The translations under genes were made by a program, and so were the position numbers. Below are positions 36,766 to 46,341 of a stretch of DNA of 64,000 bases, piece by piece. The stretch is from Bacilli bacterium (lineage in GTDB: Bacteria > Bacillota_I > Bacilli_A > RFN20 > CAG-288). The first letter of the stretch is position 1. Each line of letters opens with the position of its first letter. The DNA lies in contig CAAGLY010000013.1 of NCBI GenBank assembly GCA_900770925.1, positions 182 to 64,181 on the forward strand, given 5' to 3'. The notes beneath the pieces were generated by a model. That model had not been told where the DNA came from, did no database searches, and saw nothing but the letters and a program-made list of their open reading frames with translations.

Positions 36766-38370
36766 CTAATCTTTTTTCAGAGCCTTTTTAAATAAGGTTA
36801 AGGACTCTTCCCGGATGAACTTCACTTCCCTTGTCTTATACTTCAGGATGTTGACTAATCCGATATGGCTCGGATTCTTCTTCACGTCTTTCTTCTTAGC
36901 CACCATTATTGTACCATTAGAAAGATGAGACAGGTAAAGACAAAGTTCTCCGGCAAGACGGAGAATCTCTTCTCCCTCACCCTGAAGAATCACAACATGG
37001 GCGCCTGGATAATCCTTCACATGCAGGAAGGTATCTTCCTTCCCTGCTTTCTTAAAGGTCAGCTCTTCGTTCTGGAGTCCATTCCTTCCGAAGCCGATTT
37101 TCCCTTCAGGAACTATCAGATAATGGGGATCATAGGAGTGTTTCTTAGAGACTTTATAAACCGTATTCCGCCCCTGCTTTTCCTTAATATATCCTTCTTC
37201 TAAGAGCTCGCTCTTAAGTTCCCTGATATCTCTCGGAGTACCATCCGTGACTTCCCTCTGCTTCTTTTCCAGGTAGAAAGAATCCTCCTTGCACTTCTGA
37301 ATCAGGTCCTTAAGGATCGTCAGGGCCGCCTTCGCCTTCTGGTACTTCCGGAAATAGTAATTTGCATTATGCGGAGCATCAAGTCTCGGATCCAAAGGAA
37401 TGTTCTCCCCCTCCTTTTCTAATACTTTATCGCCTTTTTTAATCTCCGCCTGGTACTGATAGATCCTCTGCCCGTAGGTAAGATACTTCCTTCTTTCCTT
37501 AGCAGTAGATAGATCCTGTTCCAGATTGATTTCCTTTTTCTTATTGTTCTTGATCGCCTTATTGATCAGAGCAAGAAGCTCTTTCACTTTCTCAAGCCGG
37601 GCAATCTCCTTCTGATCCAAGACAAAACAGGAATAGAGATCTTCCGTCTTCACTTCCTTAGCACCCTCTAATCCGAAAGGAAAAGAAAGAATGTCTTTCT
37701 TATAGACATAAAGTGACTTTGACTGCTTCCTTCCCTTAAGCGTTTCGTTCAGGTCATTTCCTTTTGCCACATACTGTTTAAGATAACGGAGGGTAGCATT
37801 AGGAAGATAAGGTCTAGCCTCCTCCGGATCTTTCCTTTCCAAAGGAAGAGAAGGACGGGTTAAAGGATAGTTATAGATTGCATTGCGGGTAAGAAAAATG
37901 CCTTGCTCAATATCCGTGTGTTCATGATAAAGAGAGACAATCTTTCCGTAAGGATAAGCAATGATATAGCAGTTCGGACGGTTCGGAAACAATTCAAAGA
38001 TCAGATCATATCCAGTATTGATATTACTGATATCCGTCCTATCTGCCTTGATCTTGAACGAGATGATTCTTTCTCCCTGATGCTTAACTACATCAAGGAC
38101 CGTGCCGCCATAGAGCTTTTTCAGTGAATTATAGAAAGGACTCGTATCCTCAATCTTACTGAATCTCCCTAATGAGAAGCAGATAAAAGGATTTGTCGGA
38201 TCCAATGAAAAAATCAGTGACCCGTGATGGAGTCCCTCTCCCTCCTTCCGGACATAAGGAAGAGCATAGTCTTTGGCATTCAGGGCAAGAGCACGTCCGA
38301 TTCTGGCTCCCGTCCTTTCTTTCTTCAGTGAATCAGAAATAATCTGTAAGGATAAATTATCAACTGGCAT
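36766..38370 (-). CDS. rqcH: RqcH / NFACT-family ribosome quality-control protein (fibronectin-binding protein A family)
   Basis: 534 aa with an NFACT-N domain at the N-terminus, a central coiled coil, and a DUF814/NFACT-R region (DYPGAHVVILQ). Confidence 0.8.
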   Translation of the reverse strand: MPVDNLSLQIISDSLKKERTGARIGRALALNAKDYALPYVRKEGEGLHHGSLIFSLDPTNPFICFSLGRFSKIEDTSPFYNSLKKLYGGTVLDVVKHQGERIISFKIKADRTDISNINTGYDLIFELFPNRPNCYIIAYPYGKIVSLYHEHTDIEQGIFLTRNAIYNYPLTRPSLPLERKDPEEARPYLPNATLRYLKQYVAKGNDLNETLKGRKQSKSLYVYKKDILSFPFGLEGAKEVKTEDLYSCFVLDQKEIARLEKVKELLALINKAIKNNKKKEINLEQDLSTAKERRKYLTYGQRIYQYQAEIKKGDKVLEKEGENIPLDPRLDAPHNANYYFRKYQKAKAALTILKDLIQKCKEDSFYLEKKQREVTDGTPRDIRELKSELLEEGYIKEKQGRNTVYKVSKKHSYDPHYLIVPEGKIGFGRNGLQNEELTFKKAGKEDTFLHVKDYPGAHVVILQGEGEEILRLAGELCLYLSHLSNGTIMVAKKKDVKKNPSHIGLVNILKYKTREVKFIREESLTLFKKALKKD

Positions 38371-38573
38371 AGCCAGAATATTATAAGTCAGATGCCAGAT
38401 TTAGTTAATTCTATCATCACCGAAAACGTTTAAGTCTTAATTCTCATTCCTAAAGCATTAACAGCTTATCGCCTGTTCGCAAAGTACTATTTCCGTTACT
38501 TTGAATTAGTTTTCTGTCTTTGTTATCCATTATTACAACATGTATAATCTGGTTAAAATAGAAAGGGGCAAAC

Positions 38574-38942
38574 ATGAAAAAATCATTATTGTTATTCGTC
38601 CCTTCTCTGTTCAGGTTCAATTCCTGTGCAAAGAAGGAGGTAACTCTTCGCTTCCAGTGCTGCGATATCAAAACAGACAAAAAAGGAAATGATTACTTTG
38701 TCGACTCGAAAGACTACCATCATTATGCTTTAGTATTCACTTACGAATACGGGCATGTCCTTGATGATGGTGATGTTAAAAACAGGGAAGACCGTGTCGG
38801 CAGAATGTATCCTCCGCAAAGCCAGTGTAATTGCGCACATATCCTGAGAGGATGCTCCTTATCTAAAAAGAAAACATCTAATGATTTGGAAGCGGGAAGG
38901 AAACTGAAAAAGAACCTTACCTTCTATTTCCATGCAACATAG
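38574..38942 (+). CDS. putative lipoprotein, unknown function
   Basis: 122 aa beginning MKKSLLLFVPSLFRFNSC, a signal peptide with lipobox. SD AAAGGGG and a plausible TTGTTA-17-TATAAT promoter lie upstream. Confidence 0.5.
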   Translation: MKKSLLLFVPSLFRFNSCAKKEVTLRFQCCDIKTDKKGNDYFVDSKDYHHYALVFTYEYGHVLDDGDVKNREDRVGRMYPPQSQCNCAHILRGCSLSKKKTSNDLEAGRKLKKNLTFYFHAT

Positions 38943-39125
38943 AAAAAAGAATTCGTTAAAAGAAAATCCAGTCATGCATTCCCTAGGAAAGGAAAAGCTA
39001 AAAAGTACGATGAAATCAGGACTTTACAAGCTTTTCTGATCCTTCATCCGCTAAAGCTTAAATCATATAGAGCAGGATGCCCTTGATAGAGCAGATACAA
39101 ATACGGATATCCTAATTCCGGCACG

Positions 39126-39172
39126 GAAAAAGGCTGCCTTTGAACCATAGAAAGGTTCTAGGGCAGCCTTTT
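39126..39172 (-). terminator. strong intrinsic terminator after the 33-aa ORF
   Basis: Stem aaggctgcc (39130-39138) pairs with ggcagcctt (39162-39170), with inner pairing gaacc/ggttc. The A-run on + gives a U-tract on the minus strand. Confidence 0.65.
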
Positions 39173-39174
39173 CC

Positions 39175-39276
39175 TTAGAAGTCGAGTCCGTTACCGTTGA
39201 ACAGGGCTTCGATGTGAGCAAGAACTAAGCTTAAGAAGAGAGCTTTCTTGCTTTCCTTTTTGAAATCAGTAGTCAT
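39175..39276 (-). CDS. 33-aa ORF with its own promoter, SD and terminator, not in the ORF track
   Basis: An ATG at 39276 lies 6 nt after AAGGAGGC. The peptide is MTTDFKKESKKALFLSLVLAHIEALFNGNGLDF, ending at TAA at 39175. TTGTAA-17-TATAAT lies about 95 nt upstream. Confidence 0.45.
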   Translation of the reverse strand: MTTDFKKESKKALFLSLVLAHIEALFNGNGLDF

Positions 39277-39468
39277 CTTGTTGCCTCCTTGTTGATGTGC
39301 CATTCGAATACGGATACGGAAAAAGACGTCGTCGTATCTTCTTTGTCGTCCAAAATCGAAATGGAAAGGTATTATAGGGGCAGAAAAATCAAATTACAAG
39401 TCCAAATGAAAGAAAGCGTTTTCTAAGAAAAAGATTCATCAAAAGGAAAACATGATATAGTTAAAGCT

Positions 39469-40167
39469 ATGAAACAGAACTGGAAAGAATATCTAGATAA
39501 GGAACTAGTCAGACATCACGATAATAACGATGTCCTGAAGAGGAAAAGGACTGCCTTCTATCAGGACAAATACAATCGTTATCTAAACGAAGGAAGGAAC
39601 AAAGAGAACGCTGACGCTCAGATTCAGAAAGAGATAAAGCAGCAGATCAAAAAGAGGGATACTCCGGACATTGCCGAATTAAAGACTACCTTCAACACTG
39701 CTTTTGCCAGTATCCTTTTTTCCGTCTTAGAAGTTATTCAGCTGCTCTTTTCCAAGAACAGGTCCTCCATTTTCAGGTTTACGTTTTTCTATTTCCTTGC
39801 CCTCTTTTTTGTCTTAATCAGGCTTGCTTTCAAAAGAATCCGTTTCAGTATTCCCAATATCATCTCCGTCGGATTAAGGTCCGCTTCCGTTCTAGCCACC
39901 ATCATCCAGCTTTTTCCTTTTCTGACCACATATAAAGGAAAAATCAGGATGCCGGACTATCTCTTCCCCGGTTATATCAAGGCAACTGAGCTATTAGAAA
40001 AAGGCAGTACCGCTCTTCCGAGGACAAAAGTTCTCTTTCTGACCGACAGGATAGTCTCTATCCTGCTTGTCCTCTTTTCCTTAATCCTCTATATCCGGAA
40101 AAAGAGGGAGACAAAGAAAAAAATCAGCCATAAGCTTCTCCACTTTGAGCTCGGAAAAGAAGAGTAA
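39469..40167 (+). CDS. membrane protein, unknown function
   Basis: 232 aa with a charged N-terminal 70 aa followed by about 4 TM segments. Confidence 0.55.
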   Translation: MKQNWKEYLDKELVRHHDNNDVLKRKRTAFYQDKYNRYLNEGRNKENADAQIQKEIKQQIKKRDTPDIAELKTTFNTAFASILFSVLEVIQLLFSKNRSSIFRFTFFYFLALFFVLIRLAFKRIRFSIPNIISVGLRSASVLATIIQLFPFLTTYKGKIRMPDYLFPGYIKATELLEKGSTALPRTKVLFLTDRIVSILLVLFSLILYIRKKRETKKKISHKLLHFELGKEE

Positions 40168-40260
40168 AGATTCAAAGAGAGCAAAGTAAATCTTGTATTA
40201 TCCTAAAAAAAAGGATATCTTTTTTCTTGTTTTTAGTCGTTCGCAAACGGAGGAAGCCAA

Positions 40261-42378
40261 ATGAACGAGAAGAAATTCGACGTAGTTTCCAATTACGGCA
40301 TCGATGTCTTCAACGATAAGGCAAGGAAGGATTACCTCTCTCCGAACATCTACCGGGAACTCAAGGCAACCATTGAAAAGGGTTCAGCCCTGAATCCGGA
40401 ATTAGCAGACGACGTTGCAGAAGGAAGGAAGAACTGGGCACTGAGCAAAGGAGCTACCCACTATACCCACTGGTTCGAGCCTCTTAACGGGCTGACTGCC
40501 GGTAAGCATGACTCTTTTATTTCCGTTCCGGACAAGAATGGGAAAGTAAGGATGGAATTTTCCGGAAAAGAACTGATCAAAGGTGAACCGGATGCCTCCT
40601 CTTTCCCTTCTGGCGGACTTCGTGCCACCTTCGAGGCAAGAGGATACACAGCCTGGGACTGCACTTCTCCTGCTTTTGTCATCCATGACGAATACGGAGC
40701 CGTCTTATATATCCCGACTGCTTTCTGCTCCTACACAGGAGAAGCCCTCGATGAGAAGACGCCTCTTCTCCGTTCCATGGACTATCTAAGTGATCAGTCT
40801 ATCCGGGCTCTCCGCTTATTAGGAGACAATAAGACCTCTAGAGTCTTCACTAGCGAAGGACCAGAGCAGGAATATTTCATCCTCGATGCCGATGCCTATG
40901 AAAAAAGAAAAGACCTTGTCTATACCGGACGTACTCTCTTTGGAGCCGTATCGCCGAAAGGACAGGAAAGGGAAGACCATTATTTCGGTCCTATCCGGGA
41001 GAAAATCATCTCCTTCAGGCAGGAAGTCAACGAGAACCTCTGGGTATTAGGAATCCCTGCTAAGACCGAACATAACGAAGTCGCTCCGAGCCAGCATGAG
41101 CTGGCGACGATCTTCAGTCAGACGAATATCGCTGCCGATCAGAACGAAAGGGTGATGCTGATCCTGAAGAAAATTGCGAAGAAACACGGATTTATCTGCC
41201 TTCTCGGCGAGAAACCGTTCAACGGAGTCAATGGCTCAGGAAAGCATAACAACTGGTCTATTAATACGGATACCGGAGTCAATCTCTTCTCTCCTGGAGA
41301 CAAACCGAAAGACAATAAACAGTTCCTTGTATTCCTTACAGCCGTTATTAAAGGAGTCGATGAATTCGGCGGGCTTCTCCGGTGCTCTGTCGCCACCTAC
41401 GGAAACGATTTCCGTTTAGGGGCCAATGAGGCGCCTCCGGCTATCCTTTCCATCTTCCTCGGAGATGAGCTCGAGGAAATCGTCGAGAATATCATTTCCG
41501 AAAAAAAGGACAAGAAAGGAAAAGAGTCCAGCAAGTTACTTACCGGCGCTAAATCCCTCCCTGTCTTAGCGAAGGATACGACAGACCGTAACCGTACTTC
41601 GCCTTTTGCATACACAGGCAACCGCTTTGAATTCCGTATGGTCGGCTCTGAGCAGAATATCGCCACCCCGAATACAGTACTGAACACCATTACCGGCTAT
41701 GAACTGAAAGACTTTGCTGATACAGTCGAGAAAGCAAAGGATAAGGATCAGGCCATCAATGACTGGATCCGAACAAACTTAGCCAAACATTCAAGAGTCC
41801 TCTTCAATGGAGACGGCTACTCGGATGCCTGGGTCAAAGAAGCAGCGAAGAGAGGGCTCCCGAACCTTAAGACGACAGTCGAAGCAATCGATGTCTTAGC
41901 TGAGCAGAAAGTCAGAGATTTGTTCACTCAGTCTAAAGTATTAAGCAAAACCGAACTCCTTAGCCGTGCAAACATCAAGTATGATAGGTATGCAAACCAA
42001 GCCATCATTGATGCAAAGACCATGTCCCACATGGCTCATAAGCAGTATCTCCCAAGTATCAATAAAGCACTTGCTAAGATGGCAAAGGAAGTGAAAGACT
42101 TAATGGAAACTAAGCTTCCTATCCCAGAAACAACTATCGCTTCAATCAATAAGATTTCTATTCTGCTTGATCAGGCAGGAAAGGCAACGGATAAGCTTGA
42201 CTCCCTGATTGAGAAAGCAAAGAAGTTCCACGGAAGAGACTTAGCGGTCTATAGCCGTGATAAACTTCTTCCGGCAAGGCATAGCCTACGTGAGCCAATC
42301 GATGCCCTTGAGCTCTTAATCAGCAAAGAAGATTGGCCGGTTCCCTCCTACGGAGACCTGCTCTTCCACATTATTTAA
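40261..42378 (+). CDS. glnN: glutamine synthetase, type III
   Basis: 705 aa. The length and the N-terminus (FGIDVFND...ATHYTHWFEPL.G..A.KHDSF) are characteristic of GSIII. NEVAPSQHE and GSGKHNNWS are the catalytic motifs. Confidence 0.88.
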   Translation: MNEKKFDVVSNYGIDVFNDKARKDYLSPNIYRELKATIEKGSALNPELADDVAEGRKNWALSKGATHYTHWFEPLNGLTAGKHDSFISVPDKNGKVRMEFSGKELIKGEPDASSFPSGGLRATFEARGYTAWDCTSPAFVIHDEYGAVLYIPTAFCSYTGEALDEKTPLLRSMDYLSDQSIRALRLLGDNKTSRVFTSEGPEQEYFILDADAYEKRKDLVYTGRTLFGAVSPKGQEREDHYFGPIREKIISFRQEVNENLWVLGIPAKTEHNEVAPSQHELATIFSQTNIAADQNERVMLILKKIAKKHGFICLLGEKPFNGVNGSGKHNNWSINTDTGVNLFSPGDKPKDNKQFLVFLTAVIKGVDEFGGLLRCSVATYGNDFRLGANEAPPAILSIFLGDELEEIVENIISEKKDKKGKESSKLLTGAKSLPVLAKDTTDRNRTSPFAYTGNRFEFRMVGSEQNIATPNTVLNTITGYELKDFADTVEKAKDKDQAINDWIRTNLAKHSRVLFNGDGYSDAWVKEAAKRGLPNLKTTVEAIDVLAEQKVRDLFTQSKVLSKTELLSRANIKYDRYANQAIIDAKTMSHMAHKQYLPSINKALAKMAKEVKDLMETKLPIPETTIASINKISILLDQAGKATDKLDSLIEKAKKFHGRDLAVYSRDKLLPARHSLREPIDALELLISKEDWPVPSYGDLLFHII

Positions 42379-42415
42379 AAAAGATCGGGGTAGCTAACGC
42401 TACTCCGATTTTTGT

Positions 42416-43162
42416 TTAATCTAGGATCTTTACCGGCCTGAAACCGAGATAGTCACCAGAGGCAAAGGTATAAAGGATTCCGTTATGTTCTCCCCGGATA
42501 GAGTCATGGAAGTGCTCTTCGCCATGGCAATGGGAGTAGACAACCTGTTCGACCTGATATTTCTCGGCTATTTTCGTAAATACAGAATCGCTCTGAAGGA
42601 TATTCGTTGGCGGATAATGAAGGAACCTGATGAATTTATGGTATCCGGCTTTGATGGCAGCTGCGAATGATAGTTCAAGCCGCCTGGCTTCCCGGTTAAT
42701 GAGCTTCTCGCTCTGTTTTTCCTGTGCCTCATCAAACCCGACAATCCGATTATTCCGCTTGTCGATATAAAACGGACCTTCGAAGGTGAAACCTTTTGTT
42801 CCGACTAGTGCATAATCCTGATAGACGGCAAAATTATTCTGGAGGAAAAAGAGACGGTCTTTATAGAGTTCATTCAGTTTACCAGTCTTATTTGACTCCC
42901 AGAAATGATCGTGATTGCCTCTTAGGAGGATCTTATGGCCGGGCAAGGATAGAATAAAATCCAGGTCCTTGCCAGCTTCCTGAATATCCTTGCCCCAGGA
43001 ATGATCTCCGGTTAACACTAAAGTATCTTCCTCTTTGACAAGGGAAGCGATATTTCTCTTTGCTTTTTCTTCGTGATTCACCCAGACCTTACCGAATTTA
43101 TCCATAGATTTATCCGGATTAGAGAAACTGAGATGAAGGTCTCCTAATGCATAAAGTGCCAT
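42416..43162 (-). CDS. metallophosphoesterase
   Basis: 248 aa with GDLHLS, GDHSWG, GNHDHFW and H.HGE motifs of the calcineurin-like phosphoesterase fold. Confidence 0.8.
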   Translation of the reverse strand: MALYALGDLHLSFSNPDKSMDKFGKVWVNHEEKAKRNIASLVKEEDTLVLTGDHSWGKDIQEAGKDLDFILSLPGHKILLRGNHDHFWESNKTGKLNELYKDRLFFLQNNFAVYQDYALVGTKGFTFEGPFYIDKRNNRIVGFDEAQEKQSEKLINREARRLELSFAAAIKAGYHKFIRFLHYPPTNILQSDSVFTKIAEKYQVEQVVYSHCHGEEHFHDSIRGEHNGILYTFASGDYLGFRPVKILD

Positions 43163-43254
43163 AGTTATCCCCGTTAATTAGTATATTCCAGGAAGCCTTC
43201 CTTTTCATCATCCGCTTGCTTGAATGGCTTTAGGAATCTAGCTAAAATTAGATT

Positions 43255-44010
43255 ATGAAAAAAGAAAACCGTTTTCTCCTGCTTTCCTTTGTCTCCTCTC
43301 TTTTTCTCTGCCTCGGTTTTTCTTTCCTTCCCATTCAGAACTGGGTCAGTTCATTGTGGAAGTCCAATCTGATTGAATCTTCCTTTTATTTTATTCTCCT
43401 AGCCTTAATCTTCTTTGACTGTAGAAAATACCTGCGCAAAGAGAAAAAAGACCATCCCTCTTTTTTCTATTCCGTTCCTTTTCTTCTGGTCTGTTCCTCA
43501 AACCTTCTTTATGTCCTCTGTTTCAGACAGAAAGTAACCGATTCATTTAACCCAAGTGTCTTCTTCACTAGTCTTCTAGTAAGGATAATTAAAGTCAGGA
43601 TAGAGGAGCTGCTTTTCCGTGTCCTTCTTCTGCAGTTTTTAGATTCTGTCAGGAAGGACACGAAACAGAAAAGAATCCTCCTGATTTTCATTATCTCCCT
43701 CTGCTTTGGATTAAGGCACCTTGTCAATCTATACGGAAAAAGTCCTCTTCCTGTTCTAGAACAGGTCGGATACACCTTCTTCCTCTCTCTCTTCCTGACT
43801 AGCTATACCCTTTTCTATTCTTCTATCCTTATCTCAATCCTTTACCACTTCCTCTTTAACTTCCTCAACCAGCTCATCATCACTACCTTCTTTACACTTA
43901 ATACCGATACTTATTATCTTCTCTTCTCTATCGGGGCAGGACTTATCGTTCTTCTCTTCTATCTCATCTGTTCTATAATCAGAGGCAAAGGAAAGAAAAA
44001 GAATGCTTAA
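43255..44010 (+). CDS. CPBP-family intramembrane glutamic endopeptidase
   Basis: 251 aa and polytopic, with EELLFRVLLL, FGLRHL and HFLFNF motifs. Confidence 0.8.
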   Translation: MKKENRFLLLSFVSSLFLCLGFSFLPIQNWVSSLWKSNLIESSFYFILLALIFFDCRKYLRKEKKDHPSFFYSVPFLLVCSSNLLYVLCFRQKVTDSFNPSVFFTSLLVRIIKVRIEELLFRVLLLQFLDSVRKDTKQKRILLIFIISLCFGLRHLVNLYGKSPLPVLEQVGYTFFLSLFLTSYTLFYSSILISILYHFLFNFLNQLIITTFFTLNTDTYYLLFSIGAGLIVLLFYLICSIIRGKGKKKNA

Positions 44011-44770
44011 CCTCCCTTTTGACTTATATCCTATCCTGATTGCCCTTTCTATTCTCATCGATAGGATCCTTATTGAAGTCTATTTCCGGAAAAACAGACT
44101 CGGAAAGAATAACGCCATTGCTTTCGAACTGAACCTAGTAATCGCTGCCTTTAGGGGAGTAATCGGCGGAATACTAAGGCAGAATCTATATGACTTCATT
44201 GAAAACCCAAAAAATTATCGGTTCACCTGGGCAAGGACCTTCTTCGGAGGTCTGCTATTCGGAGCAGGAAGTTTTCTGATCGGATATTTTCTCATTATCC
44301 GGAAGAAGTATCCTCAGTCCTTATCTCCGATTCTTACTTTAGCAGGAGCCTGTATTCCCTTAAGCCACGGAATAGGAAGAATCGGATGTGTCCTAGATGG
44401 ATGCTGCTACGGAAAAGAGATTCCTTCCTCCTCTCCTTTTTACCTGATGGGAATCAAGTTCAATACCACCAGTACAAAAGTCTATCCGACAAATCTCTTT
44501 GAATCCGTTTTTCTTCTGCTATTAGCTTCTATCCTGCTTTACCTGGCATTCAAGAAACATAGCCAGTACACACTTCCTATCTATAGGATCAGCTATGGAA
44601 TCTTCCGTTTTCTGATTGAGTTCCTCCGCGGAGATCACCGCGGAAGCTTTATCCCCGGAATCAGTCCGAGTCAGTTCTGGGCAATCCTCCTTCTTATCGG
44701 AGGCATTGTTTACCTTTCTATCCTTCTCTTCCGGGCAAAGAAAAAGAATAGCCAGAAGCCATCTAAATAA
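44003..44770 (+). CDS. lgt: prolipoprotein diacylglyceryl transferase
   Basis: 255 aa with GRIGCVLDGCCYGKE, PTNLFES and EFLRGDHRG motifs. It overlaps the CPBP gene by 8 nt. Confidence 0.9.
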   Translation: MLNLPFDLYPILIALSILIDRILIEVYFRKNRLGKNNAIAFELNLVIAAFRGVIGGILRQNLYDFIENPKNYRFTWARTFFGGLLFGAGSFLIGYFLIIRKKYPQSLSPILTLAGACIPLSHGIGRIGCVLDGCCYGKEIPSSSPFYLMGIKFNTTSTKVYPTNLFESVFLLLLASILLYLAFKKHSQYTLPIYRISYGIFRFLIEFLRGDHRGSFIPGISPSQFWAILLLIGGIVYLSILLFRAKKKNSQKPSK

Positions 44771-44774
44771 CTCA

Positions 44775-44826
44775 TCTACTTAGTAACTTAGTTAGTAACT
44801 TGACTTACTAAGTAAGTTGCTAAGTA
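44775..44826. repeat. 52-bp palindromic element, copy 1
   Basis: The sequence is tctacttagtaacttagttagtaacttgacttactaagtaagttGctaagta. It matches 46270-46321 at 51 of 52 positions and is itself a stem (14+7 bp) with a 6-nt loop. Confidence 0.9.
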
Positions 44827-44858
44827 TCACTCATTTATGCTATACTTTTTTTAGAAAA

Positions 44859-46265
44859 ATGAACTTTATAGACCTAAAAGAAGGAATACCTTTTGAAACA
44901 ACCCAAGTTGAATTCAAAGAAAGACTGAATCATAAAGATAGCTTTTCCTATCTGAAAACAGTCTGCTCTTTTGCAAACACAAATGGTGGCTTTCTTTTCA
45001 TCGGAGTCAACGACACCAATCGTGAACTAAACGGAAGGGACATCCACACCGCCGAGCAGGAAGTAAATTATCTGCTTGCTAATTGCGCAGAGCATCTTGA
45101 TCCAAATGTCGGATTAGATTTTTCCTATTTAAGCTATACAGAGGGAAAATATCAGAAATGGATTGTCCGAGTCAAAGTAAAAGAATCTAACCAAAAGCCA
45201 GTCCTACTCGGATACCAGAAGAGGGTAACTGCCTTTATCCGCAAAGAGGGAAGATCAATAGCCGCCACTGCAGACGAAATCCGAGCTAGGTTAATCTCCT
45301 CATCCTCTTCCTCCTTCGATTCATTCGAAACAGATGATCACTTTGATAGCAAAGACTTTTCCGTTCTGTTTAACAGCTACCGGCAAGAGAATAACGGGAG
45401 GGAGCTTTCTTTAGCGAGACTCCAATCCATCGGTTTTGTCACCGAAAACGGATATCTGACAAAGGGAGCTTTGCTTTTTAAGGATAGCTGCTTCGATCCA
45501 ATAACCACTATTCATCTCCGCTATTGGAAAGGATTAGATAAAAGTTCTGACACTAGGTTAGACAACAAGGAGATGGTTGGAAATCTAATCACACAGAGAA
45601 AGAACAGGATTGATTTCATCTTGCGCCATTCAGAAACCGGAATTAAGAAAACCTTATATAGTGGGGAAAAGATTGCTTCTTATCCTGAACTAGCAATACG
45701 TGAAGCAGTTACCAATGCATTAGCTCATCGAAATTATTTTAGGCACGGAATGGAGATAGGAGTTGATATCTTTGATGACCGAGTCGAAATCCTTTCTCCT
45801 GGGTCCGCTTATGGAGGAAAGATAAGGAAAGGTGATAAAGATCTCCTATCCTTATATCCATGGAGACGGAATCAGATTATCTGCAATGTCTTTTCTCTCC
45901 TACACAGGAGGGAGAAAAGTCGATCGGGATTTGAAAAAATCAGGGCAAGCTATCATCTCTATTCTTCCGACCGGCAGCCAGTCATAGACTGCGATGAGAC
46001 GGTTTTCAAGATTACCTTATTTGATTGCCTCTATGAATCCCCTAGGGATAAGATTAAAAAGAACGGAAATCAGAATTATCAGGAAATCATCGCCTTCTGT
46101 TCTGTTCCGAAATCTGCGGTCGAGATAGCCAACCATCTCGGTATCCAATCTAATTCCAGTTTCCGACTCAAATATATCAAGCCTCTGCTTGACTCGGATC
46201 TTCTTTTCCGTATCGGAAAAGAGAATAGTCCGAAGCAGAAATATACTTCTGTTAAACCGAACTAG
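44859..46265 (+). CDS. AlbA_2 (Schlafen-like divergent AAA) plus HATPase_c_4 domain protein, putative DNA-binding regulator
   Basis: The N-terminus (E...QVEFKE......KTVCSFANTNGGFLFIGV) matches the AlbA_2 domain, and AIREAVTNALAHRNY matches HATPase_c_4. The start is set at the ATG at 44859, because the track ORF starts inside the repeat. Confidence 0.75.
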   Translation: MNFIDLKEGIPFETTQVEFKERLNHKDSFSYLKTVCSFANTNGGFLFIGVNDTNRELNGRDIHTAEQEVNYLLANCAEHLDPNVGLDFSYLSYTEGKYQKWIVRVKVKESNQKPVLLGYQKRVTAFIRKEGRSIAATADEIRARLISSSSSSFDSFETDDHFDSKDFSVLFNSYRQENNGRELSLARLQSIGFVTENGYLTKGALLFKDSCFDPITTIHLRYWKGLDKSSDTRLDNKEMVGNLITQRKNRIDFILRHSETGIKKTLYSGEKIASYPELAIREAVTNALAHRNYFRHGMEIGVDIFDDRVEILSPGSAYGGKIRKGDKDLLSLYPWRRNQIICNVFSLLHRREKSRSGFEKIRASYHLYSSDRQPVIDCDETVFKITLFDCLYESPRDKIKKNGNQNYQEIIAFCSVPKSAVEIANHLGIQSNSSFRLKYIKPLLDSDLLFRIGKENSPKQKYTSVKPN

Positions 46266-46269
46266 GCTC

Positions 46270-46321
46270 TCTACTTAGTAACTTAGTTAGTAACTTGACT
46301 TACTAAGTAAGTTACTAAGTA
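46270..46321. repeat. 52-bp palindromic element, copy 2
   Basis: This is a direct repeat of 44775-44826 with 1 mismatch. It begins 5 nt after the stop codon, as copy 1 does after the lgt stop. Confidence 0.9.
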
Positions 46322-46341
46322 CAGCACCAATCCGCTAAGAT

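Noticed and set aside
38450-38680. 76-aa ORF on - overlapping the start of the 38574 lipoprotein gene
   Set aside because: It has no RBS and overlaps a better-supported gene and its promoter.
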